Source of the DNA: an uncultured Actinomycetota bacterium
GTDB lineage: Bacteria; Actinomycetota; Actinomycetes; Actinomycetales; Kineosporiaceae
Assembly (NCBI GenBank): GCA_963794075.1
Contig: CAWCCY010000005.1
Span: 11,678 to 75,677 of the forward strand
Direction of reading: 5' to 3'
Length of the DNA stretch: 64,000 nucleotides
Shown: piece after piece, positions 52,915 to 61,003 of the stretch
How positions within the stretch are numbered: position 1 is the first letter of the stretch
How the letters are laid out: each line of letters opens with the position of its first letter
The notes under the pieces: generated by a model
Told to the model about the DNA's origin: nothing
Database searches by the model: none
What the model saw: the letters and a program-made list of their open reading frames with translations, nothing else
Position numbers and translations under genes: made by a program

Positions 52915-52948
52915 CCCCCACAGTACCCCACTTTCCTCCACCGTCAAC
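52915..52948 (-). promoter_or_regulatory. candidate dcw promoter with three 10-bp-spaced GTGG(R)G repeats (MraZ-box-like)
   Basis: Minus strand reads GCGTTGACGGTGGAGGAAAGTGGGGTACTGTGGGGGCCAC. This gives TTGACG-16 nt-TACTGT, and GTGG starts exactly every 10 nt. About 50-80 nt upstream of the mraZ GTG. Confidence 0.45.
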
Positions 52949-53328
52949 GCCGGAGCTCTCCCGCCGCCTCCGGACGGCGCATATCGGGCCTGGTCAGAGG
53001 CGGTGGCGCAGGGTGGGGGGCGTCGGGACGCGCCGGAGCGGCCGGGCGCCCCGCGGGCACGAGAAAGGGCGCGAATCGGGCGTTCGAGGTCCCTCGACAC
53101 GGTGAGACGCGGTGAACGGAGGGTTGTGGGAGGTCCTGCATCGCCCGGCCGGGTGACGGTGGGGGAAGGTGGGGGATCCCGGCGCGCCGCGGTGGGGCAC
53201 GGTGGCCAGGACGGCCGGTACCTCGGCCCGGGCGGGGTGGTGGATCCGGGAGCCGAACGGGTGAAGATCGGGAACGAGGTCGGCCGACCATTCGTCCGTG
53301 CACCTGAGAGACTGACCCCGGGGCACCG

Positions 53329-54417
53329 GTGCTGGCGGGTGCCGCGGTCGATGTCGTCGGGGCAGAAGGAGCCGTGTTGACCACCACGCCGATGTCGCTC
53401 GACGCGTTCCTCCACACCACGGCGTCGATCCGGTCCGCGGTCGAGACCGTCCTCGACGGCAAGCCCGAGGTCGTCGACCTCGCCGTCACGGTGCTGGTCG
53501 CCGAGGGCCACCTGCTGCTCGAGGACGTCCCGGGCGTCGGCAAGACCATGCTCGCCAAGGCGCTCGCGCGCGTCGATCGGCTGCGTCGGTGCGGCGCATC
53601 CAGTTCACGCCCGACCTGCTGCCCGAGCGACATCACCGGCGTCAGCGTCTACAACCAGGAGCGCAAGGACTTCGAGTTCAAGCCGGGCGCGGTCTTCGCC
53701 AACGTCGTCGTCGGCGACGAGATCAACCGCGCCAGCCCGAAGACGCAGTCGGCGCTGCTCGAGTGCATGGAGGAGCGCCAGGTCACCGTCGACGGCGTCA
53801 CCTACCAGCTGCCGCCGCCGTTCATCGTCGTCGCCACCCAGAACCCGATCGAGATGGAGGGGACCTACCCGCTGCCCGAGGCGCAGCGCGACCGCTTCAT
53901 GGCCCGCGTGTCGATGGGGTACCCGTCGGCCGCGGCCGAGAGCGAGATGCTCGACCGGCACGCCGGCAGGGACCCGCTGGCCGAGCTCGCCCCCGTGACC
54001 GACGCCGAGACCGTGCGCGACCTCATCCGGACGGCGCGCGGCGTCTACGCCTCCCCCGCGGTCAAGGAGTACGTGGTCGAGATCGTCCGCGCCACGCGGT
54101 CGACGTCCGACCTGCGCCTGGGCGCCTCCCCGCGCTCGGCCCTCCACCTGCTCCAGGCGGCCAAGGCGAGCGCGGCGATGGCCGGCCGCGAGCACGTCCT
54201 GCCCGACGACATCCGCGAGCTGGCGCACGCCGTCCTCGCGCACCGCCTGCTGCCCAGCGCGGACGCGGTGCTCGCCCGCCGGAGCCCCGAGGACGTCCTG
54301 AGCGCCGTGCTCACCCAGGTCGGCCCAGCCGCGCGCGCGGGCCAGCGCCTGAGGCCGCTCGTCGGCGACGACACCCGCGGGCGGGTCCACGGAGCCGAGC
54401 CGGATCCGGCTCGGTGA
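53329..54417 (+). pseudogene. moxR: MoxR-family AAA+ ATPase; ORF open but contains three compensating +1 insertions within 55 nt
   Basis: ORF 53329..54417. LLEDVPGVGKTMLAKALAR, then a scrambled stretch where SIGC / SVRRIQFTPDLLP / SDITGVSVYNQ lie in three different frames (53572-53626). The rest is normal (FANVVVGDEINRASPKTQSALLECMEE, ATQNPIEMEGTYPLPEAQRDRF). The start may be 53374 or 53392 instead. Confidence 0.85.
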
Positions 54418-55708
54418 CCTCGACCATGCGCGGCCGGTCCTTCCTCGCCGCAGGTGTCACCGCCGTTCTCTGCGCCCTCGTGCTCGACCAGCGCGACCTG
54501 CTGCGCGTCGGGATCCTGCTCGTGGTGCTGCCGATCGGCGCGCTGGTCGCCACCAGCCGGTACCGCTACCGGCTCGCGCTCAAGCGGACGATCTCCCCGG
54601 CCCGGGTCGTCGCCGGCACGACCGCGCGCGTGCGCCTGGAGCTCGAGAACCTCACCCGGCTGTCGACCCGGGTGCTGCTCGCGGAGGACCGCGTGCCCTA
54701 CGCGCTGGGGCCTTCCCCGCGGTTCGTGCTCGCCCGGCTCCCGGGGGGCCGCCGTGCGGCCGTCACCTACACCCTGCGGTCGGAGCTGCGCGGCCGTTAC
54801 GCGCTGGGGCCGCTGCGGCTCCGCCTCACCGACCCCTTCGGCATGTGCGAGGTCGCCCGCTCGTTCACCGGCGTCGACCAGCTGATCGTCGTCCCCCGGC
54901 GTACCCCCTGGCCGGCGGTCGGCGGCGGCGGCCAGTGGTCGGGCACGGGCGACTCGCTCACCCGCAGCGCGGCCGCGTCGGGCGAGGACGACATCACGAC
55001 CCGCGAGTACCGCTACGGCGACGACCTGCGGCGGGTGCACTGGCGCTCGACCGCGCAAGCGGGGCGAGCTGATGGTGCGCCGCGACGAGCAGCCCCGGCA
55101 GATGCGCGCGACCGTGCTCGCTCGACAGCCGCTCGGTCGGCCACCGGGGCGACGGCCCGGCCTCGAGCTTCGAGTGGGCGGTGAGCGCGGCGGCCTCCGT
55201 CGCGGTGCACCTGGCCGGGCACCGGTACGGCTTGCGGCTGCTCCTCGACGGCCGGCCGGCGGGGTGGGCGACGGCCGACGCCGGCGGACGGCGGCGGCGC
55301 CGTCCTCGACGACCTCGCGGTCGTGCGGCTCGGCGGGCCCCGCGAGCTCGCCGACGCCGTCGGCGACGCTGACGCGCACCGGCGGCGACGGCATGGTCGT
55401 GGCGGTCCTCGGCGAGGCGCCGCAGGACGAGGTGAACGCGCTGCGCCGCGCTGGGCCGGCACGGTGCCCGCGGGGTCGCGATCCTGCTGCGCACGACGGA
55501 ATGGTCGGCCGGCCTGCCCGAGCGGCGCGCCGCCGAGCTCGACGAGCAGCGCGCCCACAACGCCGAGGTCCTGCGCGCCGGCGGCTGGTCCGTCGCCGAG
55601 GCCGGCGCGGCCGATCCCGTGCCCGAGGTCTGGGCGCGCGCCGCCGCATCGCTCCCCCTCCGCCGGCCCCGGCCGGCCCCGCATGGTCGTCGTCCCCACC
55701 GGCGGTGA
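54414..55708 (+). pseudogene. DUF58 (vWA-like) protein, five successive +1 frame breaks as sequenced
   Basis: GTG 54414 overlaps the moxR stop (GTGA). The N-terminal part is in ORF 53589..55184 (...REYRYGDDLRRVHWRSTA). It then continues as KRGELMVRRDEQPRQMRATVL (frame 1), LDSRSVGHRGDGPASSFEWAVSAAASVAVHLAGHRYGLRLLLDG (frame 2), DGGGAVLDDLAVVRLGGPRELADAVG (frame 0), TLTRTGGDGMVVAVLGEAPQDEVNALRRAG (frame 1) and HGARGVAILLRTTEWSAGLPERRAAELDEQRAHNAEVLRAGGWSV...* (frame 2, TGA 55706-55708). Confidence 0.8.
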
Positions 55709-55711
55709 ATC

Positions 55712-58083
55712 GTGACAGCGTCCGCGTCGGTCCGGCTCGCGACGGCGGGCTGGATCGCCACCATGCTCGCGAGCATGACGATCTTCCCGCTCGTGCAGGG
55801 CGGGGGCTGGTGGCTCGCCCTCGGCATCGTGGCCGCGGTCGTGGCCGGCACCGGCCTGCTGGTGCGGCGCTTCACCTCCTCGCCGGCGCTGGTGGTCGCC
55901 ACCCAGGTCGCGATGTGGGCCGTCGTCATGACGGTGATCTTCCTGCCACGGCAGGCGTACGCCGGCCTGCTCCCCGGGCCCGACGCGATCGACGGAGGGC
56001 CGCCGGCTCTTCGACCTCGGTCTGCGCGTGATGCACCGGGCGGCCCCGCCGGTCGACGACACCCCGGGCGTCATCTTCGTGACCGCGGGCGGTCTGACTC
56101 TGGTCGCCCTGCTCGTGGACGTCCTCGCGGTGACCTTGCGCCGACCGGCCGTCGCCGGCCTGCCGCTGCTCGCCGTCTACTGCGTGCCGGCCGCCGTCCT
56201 GCCCGACGGTCTGCCCTGGCCCTACTTCCTGCTGGCCGCGCTGGGCTTCCTGGTGCTCGTCGGCGTCGACTCCGTCGACCGGGTGCAGGCCTGGGGGCGG
56301 GTGCTGGCGGGCACCGACTCGCAAGGCCGGTCGAGCATCGCCTTCGGCGGCGCGCGCAAGATCGCCTCGGTCAGCCTGGCCTTCGCGGTCGTGCTGCCGC
56401 TGCTCGTGCCGGGGCTGGGCGAGCGGGTGCTGGGCGAGCACTCCGGCACGGGCGTGGGCAAGGGCGCCGGCGGTGGCGCCGTCGTGCTCAACCCGCTGCT
56501 GAACCTGCGGCAGGACCTGACGGCACCGAGCGACGCCCCCCTCTTCACGTACCAGACGACGATGACCGATCCGCAGCCGCTGCGGGTCGTCGTCGACGAC
56601 GTCTTCACGGGGGACACCTGGGAGCCGTCGACGACGTCGGTGCCGCAGGACCAGCGGCCGCAGGCCGGGGCTCCCGACCCCGAGGGCCTGACGGACGACT
56701 CCGTCGCACGGCAGCGCCAGACGACCGACGTGACCATCGGGAACCTCGCCCAGTCGTACCTCCCGCTGCCGTACCCGTGGAGCAGGGTCGCCGTCAAGGG
56801 CGACTGGTACTACGACCTGTCCACCCGGACCGTGGTCGGCACGGGGCAGACGACGCAGGGGCTGAGCTACACGGTCGACCACTTCACGGTCGGGGCGACG
56901 GCCGCGCAGCTGCGGTCGGCGCCCGGGCCCGACCCCGCGATCCTCGAGCGGTACACGCAGCTGCCCCAGGGGATGGACCCTCGAGATCGCCAAGCTGGCC
57001 GCGACGCACGCGCGCACGGGCACGGCCTTCGACCAGGCCGAGAACCTGCGGAACTGGCTGCGGACGTTCACCTACTCCCTGGACGCCCCCGGCAACGGGC
57101 CGGACGACAGCGGCATGGACGCCGTGCTCGCCTTCCTCAAGGAGCGCAAGGGGTACTGCGTGCACTTCGCCTCCGCCATGGCCGTCATGGCGAGGACGCT
57201 CAACATCCCGTCGCGCGTGGTCGTCGGGTTCCTCCCTGGCACGCAGGACGAGCAGGGCACCTGGACGGTCCGCCTCAAGGACGCCCACGCCTGGCCGGAG
57301 CTCTACTTCCAGGGGGTCGGCTGGGTGCGCTTCGAGCCGACGCCGGCCGCACGCACCCAGAACGTGGGCGACGTCGTCGGTGGCGGCGCGCAGCAGCAGC
57401 CGACCGCGTCGGCCGGCGCGCAGCCCACCGCGAGCGCGTCGGCGACCAACGGCCGGCGGAAGCCGGAGGACCCGACCCCCGGGTCGACGGCGGCGGCGAC
57501 GGCGGGCGCCCAGGTGGCCGGCTGGCGCCGGGTCGCCGACGCCCTGCCGTGGCCGTGGCTCGCCGCCGGCGGGGTGCTGGTGCTGGCCGCCCTCGCGCCG
57601 ATGCTGGCCGCCGGGCTGAGCCGCCGGCGACGGTGGCGGGCCGCGGAGAGCCGCGCCGGCCGGGCCGAGGCCGCGTTCGACGAGCTCGCGGAGCGCCTCG
57701 CCGATCTGGGGTTGCAGGTGTCACCGGCGTGGACCCCCCGGGAGCTGCGGCAGTGGCTGGTCGGCGCCGAGCACGTCCCCGCGAACCGGACGGAGTCGCT
57801 CGACCGCATCGTCGGCGCGCTGGAGTCGGCGCGCTACGCGCCCCCCGGCGGCGACGGGCCCCCGGCGGGTGAGCTGCGTGACGCCGTGGACGAGGTCGTG
57901 CGTGTGGTGGCGGAGCAGGTGCCGGCGGGCCGCCGGCGGCTCGCCCGGTTCCTGCCGCGGTCGGGTGTCCGCGCGCTCACGCGCGCGGCCCGGCAGGCGG
58001 ACGTCGTGGCGGAGGACGCCGGCCGGCGGGTGCTCGACCAGGTCGACGAGGTGCGCAAGCTGGTGGGCGGGCGGCGGCGGTAG
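55712..58083 (+). pseudogene. transglutaminase-like membrane protein (TgpA/DUF3488-type), two +1 frame breaks as sequenced
   Basis: ORF 55712..57619 holds the N-terminal TM part. ORF 56028..57872 holds the middle (RLFDLGLRVMHRAAPPVDDTPGVIFVTAGG...). ORF 57115..58083 holds the C-terminal part with the core KGYCVHFASAMAVMARTLNIPSRVVVGF...DAHAWPELYF. Breaks near 55997-56000 and 56978-56980. Confidence 0.8.
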
Positions 58084-58170
58084 CGCTGCGGGGCGCCGCC
58101 GCTCGAGGGTCATTCGAGGGCCAAGGGCCTGAGAACGGACAGCGACACGGGGAGCTGCGGAACGCTCGGC

Positions 58171-58210
58171 GCTCGGTGGGAAGCGTCAGCGCTCGGTGGG
58201 AAGCGTCAGC
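58171..58210. repeat. perfect 20-bp tandem duplication spanning the DUF3040 stop codon
   Basis: gctcggtgggaagcgtcagc at 58171-58190 and again at 58191-58210. Confidence 0.95.
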
Positions 58211-58595
58211 GCTCTTCGCGGCGGCGGTCCCAGCGCTCCTCGAGGCGGTGCATGAACGAGCCGCGGCGACGGCGGTTCGGGGTCACGGGGCGGACGCTAC
58301 CGGCGCGGTTCACCACGCCGGCGGGGCCGGGCTTGCGCCGGGAGGAGACGGTGTAGGCGAAGGCCGCCAGCATCACGAGGAAGCCGACGATGCCCACGAT
58401 GACCTGCTGACCGGCCACGCCCACGAGCAGGAGCACCAGGCCGAGGACGACACCGGCGATACCGAGGAGCAGCCGTCTGGCCGAACTCGATCGACGGACG
58501 GCGCCCCGCATGGCCGAGGCCCACTTCGGGTCCTCGGCGTAGAGAGCGCGCTCCATCTGCTCGAGCAGGCGCTGCTCGTTCTCGGAGAGCGGCAC
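58206..58595 (-). CDS. DUF3040-like small membrane protein
   Basis: ORF 58206..58595. MPLSENEQRLLEQMERALYAEDPKWASAMRG... followed by two TM helices. Family recalled, not searched. Confidence 0.75.
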   Translation of the reverse strand: MPLSENEQRLLEQMERALYAEDPKWASAMRGAVRRSSSARRLLLGIAGVVLGLVLLLVGVAGQQVIVGIVGFLVMLAAFAYTVSSRRKPGPAGVVNRAGSVRPVTPNRRRRGSFMHRLEERWDRRREER

Positions 58596-58778
58596 GTCGA
58601 CCTCCTGGGTGCATGGTGCGATGGAGACAGGATAGGTCCGGCCACGCCGGTGCGAAACCCGGTCGGGTCATCGTCGACACCCCGCTGTCATCACTTGACG
58701 TGACCTTAGCCTGACGGTGTCGCAGTTCGGACCCGGAAGAGCGCAAAAGCTCACGAAACATCGACGCAGGGTCACGGC

Positions 58779-60068
58779 TCAGGACGCTGGGCGCCGCTCC
58801 GACATTCCAGCGGATCGGTTCGAGCCGTCGGGGACGAGCGTCGCCGGCCGGACGGCGCCCGCGCCGAAGCGGGCGCTGGCGCGGTCGACGGCCCGCTCGG
58901 CCTCACGCCAGCCCTGGGGCGCTCGTCGAGGGCCAGCTGCCGGTGCCCGCTCGCGGCGGCGCCCAGCCCCTCGACCCGGACGCCGACCAGGCGCAGCCGG
59001 GCCCGCTCGAGCCCGAGCCGCTGGAAGAGTCGCGGGCGCGTGGCGTAGACGACCCGGCGCGACGTCGGTGGGCTCGCCCAGGGTGCGCGACCGGGTGATG
59101 GTCGTGAAGTCGGCGAACCGCACCTTGAGGACCACCGTGCGCCCGACGGCGTCGCCCGCGCGCAGCCGCGCGGCGACCCGCTCGGACAGGCGGAGCACCT
59201 CGCGCAGGACGACCTCGGGGTCGTCGACGTCCTGCGCGAAGGTCTCCTCCGCGCCGACGCTCTTCTCGACGTGTTCGGCGACGACCGTGCGGGGGTCGCG
59301 ACCCCAGGCGAGCGCGTGCAGGTGGGCGCCGGCCGCCTCCCCCAGCGCCCGCTTGAGGGTGTCGAGCGGGGTGTGCGCGATGTCGGAGACGGTGCGCAGC
59401 CCGAGCCGCTGCAGCGTCTCCTCGGTCCGCTCGCCCACTCCCCAGAGCGCTCCCACCGGCAGCGGCGTGCAGGAAGGGCACGGTCTCGTCGCCGGGGACG
59501 ACGAGCAGGCCGTCGGGCTTGGCGCGCGCGGAGGCGAGCTTGGCGACGAACTTCGTGGTGGCGACGCCGACCGAGCAGGTGATCCGCTGCTCGTCGGCGA
59601 CCCGGTCGCGGATCAGCTGGGCGATCACGGACGGGCGGCCCAGCCGGCGCACGGCGCCGGAGACGTCGAGGAAGGCCTCGTCGAGGCTGAGAGCGGCTCG
59701 ACCAGCGGCGTCACCGACCGGAAGATCTCCATCACCCCGCGGGAGACCTCGGGGTAGCGGTCGTGGTCGGGCTCGACCACGACGGCCTGCGGGCACAGCC
59801 GGCGGGCCCGGCCCATCGGCATCGCCGAGTGCACGCCGAACGCGGCGGGCCTCGTAGGTCGCCGAGAGCACGACACCGCGGCTGCCGCCCCCGCCGACGA
59901 TGACGGGCGGACCCGCAGATGCGGGCGGTCGATCAGCTCGACCGAGGCGTAGAACGCGTCCATGTCGACGTGCAGGACCGTGCAGCCGTTGTCGTCGCCG
60001 GAGAGCGAGGCGCGGTCGTCGGCCCGGCGCGGTCGAGCTGGCGGCGGCTCACGTGCTACCCGTGCCAT
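58779..60068 (-). pseudogene. dinB: DNA polymerase IV (DinB), six frame breaks as sequenced
   Basis: Starts at ATG 60068. VLHVDMDAFYASVELIDRPHLR / G.PVIVGGGGSRGVVLSATYEAR / FGVHSAMPMGRARRLCPQAVVVEPDHDRYPEVSRGVMEIFRSVTPLVEPLS / LDEAFLDVSG...CSVGVATTKFVAKLASARAKPDGLLVV / PLPVGALWGVGERTEETL...VLKVRFADFTTITRSRTL / RVVYAT..LFQRLGLERARLRLVGVRVEGL / QGWREAERAVDRASARFG. These alternate among ORFs 59625..61337, 58903..59871, 58779..59456 and an unlisted frame. Confidence 0.85.
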
Positions 60069-60069
60069 C

Positions 60070-60867
60070 TCAGCCCGGCGCGTCGGGCGCCGGGCGCCCC
60101 GCTGCAGGACGACGTGGAGCTGGGCGGCAGACGGCCGCGAGTTCGGGGTGCTCGCTCGCGGCCCGCTCGAGGTCGAGCAGGCCGCGGCCGGCGTCGGGGT
60201 CGCCGTCGACGAGCGCACCGGGGAGCAGGTCGGTGACGAGCCGGACACCGTGGGCGGCTCGCAGCCTGACCGGCTCGGCCGCGAAGAGCGCCAGCAGGCC
60301 GGCGCGGTCGAACCGGCGGGCGATCGGGTCCTGCGGGCCCGTGCGCCCGTCGGGGTCGTCGAGCAGCCGGCGGGCCGCGGCGAACCGGCCCGAGAGCGCC
60401 CGGCGCCGAGCAGCGCACCCGATGCCGCTGGGCGACGAGCACGCTGACCAGGCCGCCGGGGCGGAGCACCTCGAGCATGTCGAGGACCGCCGCCTTCGGG
60501 TCGTCGACGTGCTCCAGCACGCCGTGGCACAGCAGAAGATCGGCCGAGGAGGGGCCGACCACCGCTGCGAGGGCGCCCGCGTCGCCCTGCTCGGCCCTGA
60601 CGCGCACCGGCCACGCCGGCCTCGGCCGCGCGGCGCTGGAGCGCGGCGAGCGCGTCGGGGCTGGGGTCGACGACGATGACGCGGTGGCCGAGCCCGGCGA
60701 GCGGCACGGCGAAGCCGCCGGTGCCGCCGCCGACGTCGACGACGTCCAGCGGGCACCGGTCACCGGTCTCGCGCAGCAGGGTGTCGAGGACGCCCCAGAC
60801 GACGGCCGTCCGGACGGCCTGGCGCGGATCGGCGCGGGCCGCCCAGCGGCGACGGTTCGTCGGACAC
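60070..60867 (-). pseudogene. class I SAM-dependent methyltransferase, at least five frame breaks as sequenced
   Basis: GGGAGA-N6-GTG at 60867. VVWGVLDTLLRETGDRCPLDVVDVGGGTGGFAVPLAGLGHRVIVVDPSPDALAALQRRAAEAGV (570-aa ORF frame). RVRAEQGDAGALAAVVGPSSADLLLCHGVLEHVDDPKAAVLDMLEVLRPGGLVSVLVAQRH (ORF 60056..60763). ALSGRFAAARRLLDDPDG...LLDLERAASEHPELAAV (ORF 60070..60756). AAQLHVVLQRG (570-aa ORF frame). The stop is assumed to be TGA 60070. Confidence 0.7.
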
Positions 60868-61003
60868 GGCCGGTCTCCCAGCGGGGCGAGGGGGCGGGGC
60901 TGACCAGGCCACCCTAGCGACGACGGGTGACACGGCCGAGGAGCGCGCGCTGCCGTCACCCGTGCGTGCTCGGCGCTCCCGGCGATGGCCCCCGCGAGTG
61001 CGC

